From an uncultured Hyphomonadaceae bacterium (GTDB lineage Bacteria > Pseudomonadota > Alphaproteobacteria > Caulobacterales > Hyphomonadaceae), in assembly GCA_964342455.1 (NCBI GenBank), contig CAYFGB010000010.1:1-40000 (forward strand): a DNA stretch of 40,000 nt. Reading direction: 5' to 3'. The number at the start of each line of letters is the position of its first letter. The stretch's first letter is position 1. This document shows, piece after piece, positions 14,502 through 23,503 of the stretch. A model generated the notes under the pieces. The model did no database searches. It was not told the origin of the DNA and was given only the letters and a program-made list of their open reading frames with translations. The translations under genes were made by a program, and so were the position numbers.

Positions 14502-15437
14502 TCAGATGCCTGCCCGATCCAGTAGCCGCTTGAACGCGGCCCAGAATTGTTCGCGAATGTCATCTGTTTCCATCAGGATCTCGTGACGGGAGTGTTCAAT
14601 GAAGATCCGCTCCACATTTGTCAGATGTCGTGAGACGCGATGATGGCTGTCATTATCCACCAGGGCTTCCTCGCCCGCTGTCGCGATCATCACCGGGCAG
14701 GTGACATGCTCCAGCGCACCGGGTTTGGCAAACCGGTCAATCACATCAAGCGAAGCCGAAAGCCAGTTCCATGTGATGGGGCCGAGTTCCAGTTGAGGTG
14801 AGGCCTCAATCAGCTGTTCGTTGATCTCCCAGCGCTCGCGGCTATGCGTGACGAAGTTTTCCTCGAATGTGGTTCGCGGGGTCGGCTTGACGGCAAACAT
14901 ATTCCCCCGTCCAAGCGTGCGCATGGCCCAGGCAAGGTATTTCATGCCCATGAACCGGTCCTTCAGCCCCCACATGGGCGCAGAAAATGCGGCGGCTTCC
15001 ACCTTCACCATTTGCTGCGTGATAGCCGCCAGCGCAATCGCTCCGCCCATGGAATGGGCCAGCGCGACGTGAGGCCTTGGAAGCGTTTCGTTTTGTTCGT
15101 CCAGCGCCTTGCTCAACGCATTCATGAAGGTCGAGAAATTGTCGATATGGCCTTTCAGGGCATCTGGCAGCAGCCTGTCTGACAGGCCCTGGCCTGGCCA
15201 GTCCAGAATGAGGACAGCAAAGCCCATATCCTGCAATTCGCGCCCGACCTCGAAATATTTCTCAATATATTCCGTGCGTCCCGGACAGACGATAACGGTG
15301 CCGCGCGCTGCTTTGCCTGCAATGCCTGGCGCAACACACATACGGAGACGTCGGCCCTTGGCGCCGCGCAGCCATCTGACCTGCGCGCCAACGGGTGGTG
15401 GGTTGCCCTCAATTTCTACGAAATGATCTGAGGACAA
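14502..15437 (-). CDS. alpha/beta hydrolase (lysophospholipase-like)
   Basis: 311 aa with the nucleophile elbow AHSMGG and an HG-type oxyanion region (VIVCPGRTEY). Confidence 0.75.
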   Translation of the reverse strand: MSSDHFVEIEGNPPPVGAQVRWLRGAKGRRLRMCVAPGIAGKAARGTVIVCPGRTEYIEKYFEVGRELQDMGFAVLILDWPGQGLSDRLLPDALKGHIDNFSTFMNALSKALDEQNETLPRPHVALAHSMGGAIALAAITQQMVKVEAAAFSAPMWGLKDRFMGMKYLAWAMRTLGRGNMFAVKPTPRTTFEENFVTHSRERWEINEQLIEASPQLELGPITWNWLSASLDVIDRFAKPGALEHVTCPVMIATAGEEALVDNDSHHRVSRHLTNVERIFIEHSRHEILMETDDIREQFWAAFKRLLDRAGI

Positions 15438-15454
15438 ATGTCCACCTCTTGAAT

Positions 15455-15757
15455 TTATTTGAGTTTCGACAGGATGCTCTGAAGTTGCATGACAACAGAC
15501 ATGTCGCCTTCGACCTTCAGTTTACCCTGCATAAAGGCCATTGTGGGGTCCAGCTCGCCCTTGGCCAGTTTCTTGAAGTCTTCCCAGGCGACGCGGATTG
15601 TCGCGTCCGACGGCGCGTCAGCGTCATTATTGGCGATGTTCTTCGCGCCATCGAGAAAGAGCGTTCCGAAGTCACCGAAATCGAATTTTACGGTCTTGTC
15701 AAAGTCCGATCCGGAAAGGGCTGCCTGCGCCTGCGCAGTGAGTTCGGCCAGATCCAT
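15455..15757 (-). CDS. SCP2 sterol-binding-domain protein
   Basis: Start set at MDLAELTA (GGGAGA RBS). The C-terminal DPTMAFMQGKLKVEGDMSVVMQLQSIL is the typical SCP2 ending. Confidence 0.75.
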   Translation of the reverse strand: MDLAELTAQAQAALSGSDFDKTVKFDFGDFGTLFLDGAKNIANNDADAPSDATIRVAWEDFKKLAKGELDPTMAFMQGKLKVEGDMSVVMQLQSILSKLK

Positions 15758-15895
15758 CTTGCTGTCTCCCTTGACGAATTTTCGAAACTCTATGGACGGC
15801 TCGCATGGCGAAAGCAAGTCACCCTGCGTCAATAAGAAAAAACACTGTTCATCGGAAAATGTCTCGATAGTCTGCTATCCTCAAGGGAGGCCCGA

Positions 15896-17443
15896 ATGAG
15901 CTGGAAATCGCACATAGACGAGTTACGCACGCGACAGAGACTTGCTGAAAAAATGGGGGGTGAGGAGCCTGTTGCGCGTCAGAGGTCCCGCGGCAAGCTG
16001 ACGGTGAGAGAGCGCGTTGCTTTTCTGGCCGATCCAGGAAGCTTTCAGGAGATTGGCAAGATTGCGGGCCGCGCCACATATAGTGCCGATGAGGAGATGG
16101 AAGATTTCCTGCCGGGCAATATGGTGGTTGGTCGGGGTCGCGTCGGTGGCCGAAGCTGTGTGATTATTGGCGATGATTTCACGGTTCGCGGCGGGGCGGC
16201 GGATGCCACAATCCGGGGGAAATTCCTGATCGCCGAGCAGATGGCCGGTGAATACCGTATGCCGCTGGTTCGCCTTGTTGATGGAACGGGCGGCGGCGGT
16301 TCGGTGAAGATGTTTGAAAAGGACCCCCGTACCTATATTCCCGAAACGCCCGGCTGGGATCATGTCGTGGAGAACATGTCCGAAGTGCCGGTGGTTTCAC
16401 TTGCGCTCGGGCCGTGCGCCGGTCTGGGCGCGGGGCGCGTCGGCGCGTCTCATTATTCGGTGATGGTCAAGGAGATGTCCCAGGTGTTTGTCGCCGGGCC
16501 ACCGGTTGCGCGCGCCATTGGCGAGGACGTGACCAAGGAAGAGCTGGGCGGCTGGAACATCCAGGCCAAGAATGGCACTGTGGATGAAGCGGTTGAGACC
16601 GAGGCCGAAGCGTTCGGAAAGGTCAGGCAGTTTCTCTCCTATCTGCCTTCCTCCGTGCACGAACGAGCTGAGCGCACGGCGCCGACGGACGATCCGAACC
16701 GCCGTGAAGAAAGCCTCATCGAGATTGTGCCCACGGATGGGAAAACACCTTATATGCCGCGCAAGATCATCAATGCCTGTGTGGATCGTGACAGCTTCTT
16801 CGAGATCGGGCGCTATTGGGGCAAATCGCTTGTCACCGGCTTTGCGCGGATTGATGGCTTTCCGGTCGGTATTATGGCGGGCGATCCGTTCTTTCTGGAT
16901 GGCGCATGGACGGCCGACACGTGTGACAAGGTTACCCGGCATGTCGATCTCTGTGATCTGTTCCATTTGCCGATCATTCATTTCGTTGACTGCCCGGGCT
17001 TTGCCGTCGGCGTGAAGCACGAAACCGCAGGTGTGACCCGGCGCGGCGTTCGGGCCATGTCAGCGGTTTATCAGGCCAATGTGCCCACCTGCGCCGTGGT
17101 GATCCGTAAGGCCTATGGCCTGGCCGGCTCGGCAATGATGAACCCGTCGAAAACCAAATGGCGGTATTGCTGGCCTTCGGGTGACTGGGGCTCTCTGCCC
17201 ATGGCTGGGGGTATCGAAGCGGCCTATCGCAAGGAACTGGCTGAGGCCGAAAACCCGGACGAGCTTCTGGCGCAGCTCTATAAGAAGTTTGACGCCATCA
17301 AATCACCCTTCCGGACGGCTGAAGCCTTCCTGGCAGAGGACATTATCGATCCGAGAGACACGCGGCCTCTGCTTGTCGACTTTGTGCATCATGCAGACCG
17401 GGTGATTGATGCAGGTCGCAAACCAAAAGGGTATCGGCCGTAA
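15896..17443 (+). CDS. acyl-CoA carboxylase carboxyltransferase (beta) subunit
   Basis: 515 aa. It has the N-terminal GKLTVRERVAFLADPGSFQEIG, then DFTVRGGA, and a second CoA-carboxyltransferase half (GFPVGIMAGDP...). Substrate specificity cannot be determined. Confidence 0.85.
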   Translation: MSWKSHIDELRTRQRLAEKMGGEEPVARQRSRGKLTVRERVAFLADPGSFQEIGKIAGRATYSADEEMEDFLPGNMVVGRGRVGGRSCVIIGDDFTVRGGAADATIRGKFLIAEQMAGEYRMPLVRLVDGTGGGGSVKMFEKDPRTYIPETPGWDHVVENMSEVPVVSLALGPCAGLGAGRVGASHYSVMVKEMSQVFVAGPPVARAIGEDVTKEELGGWNIQAKNGTVDEAVETEAEAFGKVRQFLSYLPSSVHERAERTAPTDDPNRREESLIEIVPTDGKTPYMPRKIINACVDRDSFFEIGRYWGKSLVTGFARIDGFPVGIMAGDPFFLDGAWTADTCDKVTRHVDLCDLFHLPIIHFVDCPGFAVGVKHETAGVTRRGVRAMSAVYQANVPTCAVVIRKAYGLAGSAMMNPSKTKWRYCWPSGDWGSLPMAGGIEAAYRKELAEAENPDELLAQLYKKFDAIKSPFRTAEAFLAEDIIDPRDTRPLLVDFVHHADRVIDAGRKPKGYRP

Positions 17444-17546
17444 AATATCTCGCGGCGGCTTCTATCTGTTCGCAAATCCCGGTTTACTGCCGTCAGGACG
17501 GCTGTGCCGGGGTGGTGCGGCCTGATCAGAGAGTGATGTATCGGGT

Positions 17547-18188
17547 TTGGAAAAGCTTGAGCGACAGATCAGAAACAAGCGGGCCGAGGCTCGCGAGGCG
17601 CTGAAACGACAAGAGGTCGAGAAGTTTCAGCGCCGGTCTGACATGTCTGAAGCGGATGTAGACTGGTTCATTGAAACAGAACTCGAGCCGGCCCGCGTCG
17701 TGAACAAGCTTGGCAATCTCGACACCAATGAAATGCGAATTCATGTGCCGGATACGTGTCACTGCACCTGGGGGTTTGAGGGTAAGTCTGAGTTTGCGGC
17801 GCTTCACCCACGAATCCAGCAGCATCTGAAGTCCATCCGATCCGGCAATCTGACGTTCGAAGTGCTGAACTATCGAAACCTTGTCGAAACACAGATCATG
17901 TTCAACGGCCAGTCCATTACCAAATTCAAGGATGAGCCCAGTTCGGTTATCATTGCCTGCTTCGGCCGACATCCTTATCGGTATGTTCCAAACATCCCCG
18001 TCGGGGCCATGTCGGGTCTCGTTGCGGCCATGATCGCCGCGCCGTTGATGATTTTCTGGTTCAACATGCCCCAGCCCCTGTTTCTGGGGTTGCTGGTGCT
18101 CGTGTTTGGCGGGGTGGCCTGGGGCGCCGCACGTCTGACGCGGTACAGGCTCAAACAGATACAATATGCCCGGGGCGGGCGAAGCTGA
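17547..18188 (+). CDS. hypothetical protein with two C-terminal TM helices
   Basis: 213 aa. It is chosen over the antisense ORF 17526-18164 because its sequence is more protein-like (charged N-terminal helix, TM hairpin). Confidence 0.45.
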   Translation: MEKLERQIRNKRAEAREALKRQEVEKFQRRSDMSEADVDWFIETELEPARVVNKLGNLDTNEMRIHVPDTCHCTWGFEGKSEFAALHPRIQQHLKSIRSGNLTFEVLNYRNLVETQIMFNGQSITKFKDEPSSVIIACFGRHPYRYVPNIPVGAMSGLVAAMIAAPLMIFWFNMPQPLFLGLLVLVFGGVAWGAARLTRYRLKQIQYARGGRS

Positions 18189-18227
18189 CCCCGGCCCAAC
18201 GCACTGCGTCAGGTCGGGGCCGAGAGA

Positions 18228-19184
18228 CTATTCTTCGGTTTCAGCAGGCTCAGCGGCGTCTGTTTCCAGCGGCTTCATGAATTTCAGCGTCATGCGGTCG
18301 CTCTCACCGATTTCGGCATATTTTTCTGCATCAAATCCTTCCGGGGCATTGCCCTCCCGATCAGCCGTGCGACTGTTGGGCGGCAGCGTCCAGACGCCGA
18401 ACGGGTGATCAGCGGTGTCATCCGGATTGGCGTTGATCTCTGAAGATTCAATAAACTCAAAACCAGCCTCGGTCGCCAGCTGCTTGACAAAGTCCTCATG
18501 CACATAGCCGGACATGCCTTGTGGGTCCTGATTGTCAGACGATGGCAGGCGGTGCTCGACGACCCCAAGTATGCCGCCTGGCTTGAGGGCGTCATACATC
18601 TCGGCGAAAGCCAGATCAGCATAGCCACCACCCATCCAGTTATGCACATTCCTGAAGGTCAGAACGGCGTCGGCCTTCATATCGTCAGGTATGGAAAGGC
18701 CGTCCTTGCTGAGTGAGCCGACAATGACATCGCCATAAACACCGGGCTTTTCAACAAAATTGGCCTGGAAGTTGTCATAGCCGCGTTGAGCATATTCACT
18801 GGTTTCCGGATCGAAACCGGCGGCAATGTAAGTCCCCTCACCCTTGAGGTAGGGGGCCAGGATATTGGTGTACCAGCCGCCGCCCGGCCAGATTTCCACA
18901 ACAGTGTCCGTTGGTTCAATTTCAAAGAACTCCAGCGTCTGGACCGGATGACGATGAACATCCCGGGCACGGTCCTGCTCTGACCGCCAGTCACCGTCAA
19001 CGGCTGCTTCCAGCGGATCTGCTGCCGGGTCTGGTGCGGTCGACGTTTCGGTTTCCATGCCGGATTGTGTCGTTTCTTCCGGCGAGGTCACTTCGGGCGT
19101 TGCGGGCTCGCTTGCGTCATTGCCACATGCGGCCAGTGTCAAAAGCAGCGTGCTTACACCGGCAAGAAGATAAGTTCTGGTCAT
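18228..19184 (-). CDS. lipoprotein, class I SAM-dependent methyltransferase-like
   Basis: Start set at MTRTYLLAGVSTLLLTLAACG (lipobox LAAC). VVEIWPGGGWYT and LKPGGILGVVEH resemble methyltransferase motifs I and post-II. Confidence 0.65.
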   Translation of the reverse strand: MTRTYLLAGVSTLLLTLAACGNDASEPATPEVTSPEETTQSGMETETSTAPDPAADPLEAAVDGDWRSEQDRARDVHRHPVQTLEFFEIEPTDTVVEIWPGGGWYTNILAPYLKGEGTYIAAGFDPETSEYAQRGYDNFQANFVEKPGVYGDVIVGSLSKDGLSIPDDMKADAVLTFRNVHNWMGGGYADLAFAEMYDALKPGGILGVVEHRLPSSDNQDPQGMSGYVHEDFVKQLATEAGFEFIESSEINANPDDTADHPFGVWTLPPNSRTADREGNAPEGFDAEKYAEIGESDRMTLKFMKPLETDAAEPAETEE

Positions 19185-19379
19185 TGTCTGTTTCCCCGAT
19201 CCTGTTGGTACCTGTTGCAACAAGGCATAAGAGGGAGGTTGGTTCCCTGATCCTGCTGCCTTCACTCAGGGTCAACATGCCTCACTTCCCCGTGAAAGCA
19301 ATGCCCACCCGGACACAGTTTCTTGAGGGCCTGCTTTGAGCCGCCCGTCAGCGAGCGGTTTGGGGTGCAAACATTTTCT

Positions 19380-19408
19380 CTTGAACGCCTGTTTTATGCT
19401 CCCATATT
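19380..19408 (+). promoter_or_regulatory. candidate sigma-32 (RpoH) heat-shock promoter
   Basis: CTTGAA (19380-19385), a 15-nt spacer, then CCCATATT (19401-19408), against the consensus CTTGAA-N(13-17)-CCCCATnT. It lies about 120 nt upstream of the hsp20 start. Confidence 0.55.
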
Positions 19409-19500
19409 TCTGGTGTCGGAACGCCGAATTCGGGTTCTGACACCGGGTGAGCCAGATTTGGGCGCCCATTGAAAACCAGTGCGGGGGCACCCGTACGACA

Positions 19501-19523
19501 TTTGTTGCTTTTGAAAGGACAAA
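19501..19523 (+). promoter_or_regulatory. candidate ROSE-like RNA thermometer hairpin occluding the hsp20 ribosome-binding site
   Basis: In TTTGTTGCTTTTGAAAGGACAAA, TTTGT pairs with ACAAA and CTTT pairs with AAAG, leaving unpaired bases opposite the SD AAGGA. It contains the UUGCU element typical of ROSE and ends 2 nt before the ATG at 19526. Confidence 0.4.
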
Positions 19524-19525
19524 CC

Positions 19526-20005
19526 ATGCAAACGATTGATCTGACCCCTATCTATCGCACAATGGTCGGCTTCGACCGCGTCGCAAACATGATCGACGCC
19601 GCGTCACGACTCGATGGATCTCAGGGCTACCCCCCTTACAATATTGAAAAGACGGGCGATAACGACTTCCGGATAGAGCTTGCGGTCGCTGGTTTCAGTG
19701 AAGACACGCTGGATATCGAATCCAAGGAAGGTGTTCTGACCGTCACCGGCAAGACTGCCGAAACCGAAAATGGTGAGAAGCGCGAATTCCTGCATCGCGG
19801 GATTGCTGAGCGCAGCTTCATTCGCCGGTTCCAGCTTGCTGATCACGTGGTGGTCAAAGGCGCTGAGCTTCAGAACGGTCTTCTTCGGATTGAACTGCAA
19901 CGCCAGCTTCCAGAAGCCATGAAGCCACGGAAAATCGCGATTGGCGCTCAGGCAGCCACCACAGACTCGCCGAAAGTGATTGAAGGCAGCAAAAACGTGG
20001 CCTGA
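19526..20005 (+). CDS. Hsp20/alpha-crystallin family small heat-shock protein
   Basis: Start set at MQTIDLTP. YPPYNIEKTGDNDFRIELAVAGF...LTV.G........FLHRGIA.R.F.R.F.LAD.V.V.GA.L.NGLL.I.L is the IbpA/Hsp20 pattern. Confidence 0.9.
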   Translation: MQTIDLTPIYRTMVGFDRVANMIDAASRLDGSQGYPPYNIEKTGDNDFRIELAVAGFSEDTLDIESKEGVLTVTGKTAETENGEKREFLHRGIAERSFIRRFQLADHVVVKGAELQNGLLRIELQRQLPEAMKPRKIAIGAQAATTDSPKVIEGSKNVA

Positions 20006-20045
20006 CATCCGGCCTGATTGTTGACCTCATTACCCCATGAGCGAA

Positions 20046-20075
20046 AACGGCGCACCGAAAGGCGCGCCGTTTTTG
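20046..20075. terminator. rho-independent terminator between convergent genes
   Basis: Stem AACGGCGC / GCGCCGTT with a 10-nt loop, followed by a T-run. Confidence 0.65.
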
Positions 20076-20134
20076 TATGTCTAAATAGTTTGCAGGAAGA
20101 TCAGTCGTCTGACGAAGGCGCAGCTGCGGTATCG

Positions 20135-21331
20135 TCAGACGACTGATCGTTCTGCCTGATCGGACCCATTGTCCGTCTTTGGCTTTCTCGGCTTGCGATT
20201 GCGACGACGCGAAGACGATCTGGAACGGGAAGACGATTTTTTCTCGTTTTCACCTTCAGCCTCTGGCGAGTCGGAAGATGTCTCTTCAGATACCGACTCT
20301 TCGCTTGTTTCGGCTTGCTGCGGCGTTTTCGTGCCGACGTCAAACACTTCACCAAGTCCCGCATCATCCAGGAAGGACTCAACGGCCTCAGCATTTTGCG
20401 CTTCGGCAAAGACCGTTTTCAGATTGGCAAAGTTGCGTGCGGAGTGGTGCTGAACGCTTTGTTTGTATTCTTCACCGTCAATCTCGACGGTCACTGTCTT
20501 GCGCTTGGCGGCGATTGACGCGTCATTGGCCAAAGACCAGGCGACATAGGTTTCAGCGACTTCGTCGCGGATCAGCGGCAGAAGCGTCTCGGAAACCTGT
20601 TCGAACGTTTCAAACGGTGCGCCGGGACGTGGATCTTCCATGAATTCGCACCAGGCAGACACGAAAGGCGCAGTCTCGCGGATCAGTGTTGCGGGCTCAT
20701 CATCCATCATCAACTGGATCAGCTGTCCGGCCAGAGCAAAGTCAGCAAGGCTCGGATGGCCACCAAACAGGAACAGATGATGTTCCAGATGCGCATTCAA
20801 AAGGGTGAGGAAGCGCTGGAAGGATTTCTCGACAAGCTGGCCGTTTTTCTTGTTGAGGCCGATGACCTTCAACCGTCCGGTCATGCTTTTGGCGACGGAC
20901 TTTTCGATTCCGGCTCTGTCTTCGACCTCGAAGCCGTCGAAAATGCATTCGACCTGACGCTTCGCAGAGGCCTTCGCGGCGGCCGTTCCCGACCAGCGGT
21001 AATGGAACATCGCCTTGTTCAGCCATTCATCGGCATAGGCTTCAAGGAGGCTGGCGATCAGCCGACATGCCGCATCGTCGGGCGTGGCAGTTGGCTGGTT
21101 TCTGGTCGATTCAATCCGGTTCAGGATCAGGCTGGTATCATGCGAAATACCGCCATTCGGCGACACAAGCATGGGAAGTGCATCGCTTTTTGACAGCGTG
21201 CGAAATTCCTCATCTCGGCCGAAAGTCTTCGGAACCCAGTCAAACGGCAGCTTCTTGTAGCGAAGATAGCTACGAACCTTGGTTGAGAAGGGTGATGTTT
21301 CGAGCCCGAAAAGTCGGTAAGAGGCGCCCAT
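20135..21331 (-). CDS. glutathione S-transferase-family protein with charged disordered C-terminal tail
   Basis: 398 aa. It has an N-terminal thioredoxin-like GST domain (YRLFGLETSPFSTKVRSYLRYKKLPF) and a helical GST_C-like middle. The last ~65 aa are Ser/Glu-rich and then Arg/Lys-rich. Confidence 0.7.
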   Translation of the reverse strand: MGASYRLFGLETSPFSTKVRSYLRYKKLPFDWVPKTFGRDEEFRTLSKSDALPMLVSPNGGISHDTSLILNRIESTRNQPTATPDDAACRLIASLLEAYADEWLNKAMFHYRWSGTAAAKASAKRQVECIFDGFEVEDRAGIEKSVAKSMTGRLKVIGLNKKNGQLVEKSFQRFLTLLNAHLEHHLFLFGGHPSLADFALAGQLIQLMMDDEPATLIRETAPFVSAWCEFMEDPRPGAPFETFEQVSETLLPLIRDEVAETYVAWSLANDASIAAKRKTVTVEIDGEEYKQSVQHHSARNFANLKTVFAEAQNAEAVESFLDDAGLGEVFDVGTKTPQQAETSEESVSEETSSDSPEAEGENEKKSSSRSRSSSRRRNRKPRKPKTDNGSDQAERSVV

Positions 21332-21442
21332 TATTATACAGCTCCGGTTTGGTGGCTTGGCTTACGCGTGGTTTGCCAATGGTTCAAGCCGGAAAACGGA
21401 ATGTGATGGATTGCGTGGCCGTCAGGACACAAGAGCGGCAGA

Positions 21443-21718
21443 TCAGTCCGTGCTTTTCAGGATGCGCTTTGTCGATGCCGGATACTTTTTCAGCAGGGCA
21501 TCCGGTCGAATAGGGCGGGGAGAAAAATTGCCGCCGCAATTGGGGCACACACCCTTCAGATCTTTGTCGACACATGACTGGCAGAATGTGCACTCAAAAG
21601 TACAGATCATCGCGTCTTGCGCATCGGGCGGTAAATCCCGATCACAGTGCTCACAATTGGGTCTGAGCTCCAGCAATGATCCACATCCTTCTCTCACTCT
21701 GGCATCTGCGCCATACAT
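21443..21718 (-). CDS. DUF1272 zinc-ribbon protein
   Basis: LELRPNCEHCDRDLPPDAQDAMICTFECTFCQSCV...CPNCGGNFSPRPIRP matches my memory of DUF1272. The start codon is uncertain. Confidence 0.7.
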   Translation of the reverse strand: MYGADARVREGCGSLLELRPNCEHCDRDLPPDAQDAMICTFECTFCQSCVDKDLKGVCPNCGGNFSPRPIRPDALLKKYPASTKRILKSTD

Positions 21719-21734
21719 TCTACAACGAGGCAGT

Positions 21735-22361
21735 TCAGTTTTCCAGTAACGTCATTTCCTCGCGCCGTGCACGGCTGACGGAGGGCCGGGAGAGATAGCG
21801 CTCCAGAAAATCAGTCAGGGCAGGATAAGGCTCAAGCGATATCTCGAGATGTCGAAAGAGGCCGAGCGCCCAGCCCAGATACATATCCGCGATCGTGAAA
21901 TCTGAACCGACCAGATACCCGGTCTCCTTGATGGCCAGTTCCAGATACTCCAGCTTTTCAGGCGCCTGAGCGCGAGCAAACGCTTTGGCCTCTTGCGGCG
22001 GATGAGGTGCAACAAGAAACCAGATTATGCCTTTGTGAAGGTCGCTGGCAATGTAACTCAGCCATGATTGCATCTGATATCGTTCATATGTTCCGGCGGG
22101 TGGTGCGAGTTTTGTTTCCGGAGCGCTATCGGCAATAAACTCGAGTATCGCAATTCCATCCATCAGCCGTCTTCCATCGTTCAGTTCCATAGCAGGGACG
22201 GTGCCGCGCGGGTTGACGCATCGGTAATCCGAGCCGTCTTCTAGCCTCTTTCGAAAGATATCCGTTTGCGAGAAATCTGCGGAAATTCCGGCCTCGTAAA
22301 GGGCAGCGCGAGACGCCATAGAGCAGGCGAACGGTGCAAAATAGAGGCGCATCTTCTTCAC
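21735..22361 (-). CDS. glutathione S-transferase
   Basis: 208 aa with the canonical GST N-terminal (MRLYFAPFACSMASR) and C-terminal domains. It is divergent from the TetR gene. Confidence 0.8.
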   Translation of the reverse strand: MKKMRLYFAPFACSMASRAALYEAGISADFSQTDIFRKRLEDGSDYRCVNPRGTVPAMELNDGRRLMDGIAILEFIADSAPETKLAPPAGTYERYQMQSWLSYIASDLHKGIIWFLVAPHPPQEAKAFARAQAPEKLEYLELAIKETGYLVGSDFTIADMYLGWALGLFRHLEISLEPYPALTDFLERYLSRPSVSRARREEMTLLEN

Positions 22362-22368
22362 TTTCTTT

Positions 22369-22384
22369 ATGTACTGATCAGTAT
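22369..22384. promoter_or_regulatory. palindromic operator ATGTACTGATCAGTAT (candidate TetR site 1)
   Basis: Contains the perfect 12-bp palindrome TACTGATCAGTA. It lies in the 69-bp GST/TetR divergent intergenic region. Confidence 0.55.
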
Positions 22385-22416
22385 ATTATATGGCTAATGT
22401 CATTCTTGCAATAATT

Positions 22417-22432
22417 ATGTACCAATCAGTAT
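22417..22432. promoter_or_regulatory. operator-like repeat ATGTACCAATCAGTAT (candidate TetR site 2)
   Basis: 14/16 identical to site 1. It overlaps the tetR start codon. Confidence 0.5.
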
Positions 22433-23057
22433 GAAAAAAAGTGAAAAGCGCGTGCCCGGCCGACCAAGGGCGTTCGACAAGGCAAGTGCCCTTGAGGCAG
22501 CAATTGAGGTGTTCTGGACGGCGGGGTTTGCGAATGCATCTCTGGACGACCTGACCTTCGCGATGAAAATTTCGAGGCCAAGCCTGTATTCTGCGTTTGG
22601 CGACAAAGAAGCGCTCTTTAACAGCTGTGCCGAGGTCTATGGTGATCGTGTCATTGCCCGAGTGAAGACGGTGATTGACAATGCCGATACGGGCAGAGAC
22701 GCGCTCTCAAGAATTTATGGCGGTGCAATTGAGATGTACACAAAACCCGCACCTGTGCCGCGTGGCTGCCTGTTTGCGGCGTCACTTTTGTCCGATGTTG
22801 CTGTCGCGCCACCCTTGAAAGATGCTGTCACCCAGCAATTGTTCAGGCTGGAAGGCGCAATGAGGGACTTGTTTGAGCGGTTCCCGCCGCCCGGCACGTT
22901 CCCGGCAAGAGCCGCGAGACTGGGCTATAATACGCTGTACGGCCTGGCCTGCCGGGCACGACTCGGCATTCCGGCTGCGGTATTGCAGGAAGACGCCGAG
23001 ACCTTCGTGACTTTAATATATCCGGGTGCGGAGCAATTGTCGCCCAGGCTAAACTAG
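22431..23057 (+). CDS. TetR/AcrR-family transcriptional regulator
   Basis: The N-terminal HTH is GRPRAFDKASALEAAIEVFWTAGFANASLDDLTFAMKISRPSLYSAFGDKEALF. Confidence 0.85.
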   Translation: MKKSEKRVPGRPRAFDKASALEAAIEVFWTAGFANASLDDLTFAMKISRPSLYSAFGDKEALFNSCAEVYGDRVIARVKTVIDNADTGRDALSRIYGGAIEMYTKPAPVPRGCLFAASLLSDVAVAPPLKDAVTQQLFRLEGAMRDLFERFPPPGTFPARAARLGYNTLYGLACRARLGIPAAVLQEDAETFVTLIYPGAEQLSPRLN

Positions 23058-23503
23058 CCGGCTTTATGGGCGGCGAAAAAGTCCTGATACAATGGAGAGG
23101 CAGCCTCACGTTTCAAGCCAATCAGCACCGAGACGCCAGCCGAGCGGAGCACGTCAAATCCGCCTGCGCCTTTCGGGTGTTCATCGGCAATGGCGCAAAC
23201 CAGGCGATTGACACCGGCCTTGATCAGCCGTGTTGAGCAGGCATCTTCCCCGGTTGAGCGTTCGCGGCAGGGTTCCAGAGTGACATAGGCGGTCGCGCCC
23301 GAGGCCAGATCGCCTGCCATATCGAGCGCAATCTGTTCAGCATGAGGCCGGCCGCCAGGTGCCGTGACGCCTTCGCCAACAATGCGTCCGTACACGTCCA
23401 CGATGACACATCCGACCGATGGGTTGTCACCTGTCAGGCCGTAATTGAGCCGGGCCAGGTCAAGCGCCCGGCCCATAAAGCGAAGATCCGCCCGACGGCT
23501 CAT
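23054..23503 (-). CDS. RibD-type cytidine/deoxycytidylate deaminase-domain protein
   Basis: 149 aa. NPSVGCVIV, HAE and LEPC....AC are zinc-deaminase motifs, as in the RibD N-terminal domain. No reductase domain is present. There is an ATGA overlap with gpmA. Confidence 0.7.
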   Translation of the reverse strand: MSRRADLRFMGRALDLARLNYGLTGDNPSVGCVIVDVYGRIVGEGVTAPGGRPHAEQIALDMAGDLASGATAYVTLEPCRERSTGEDACSTRLIKAGVNRLVCAIADEHPKGAGGFDVLRSAGVSVLIGLKREAASPLYQDFFAAHKAG

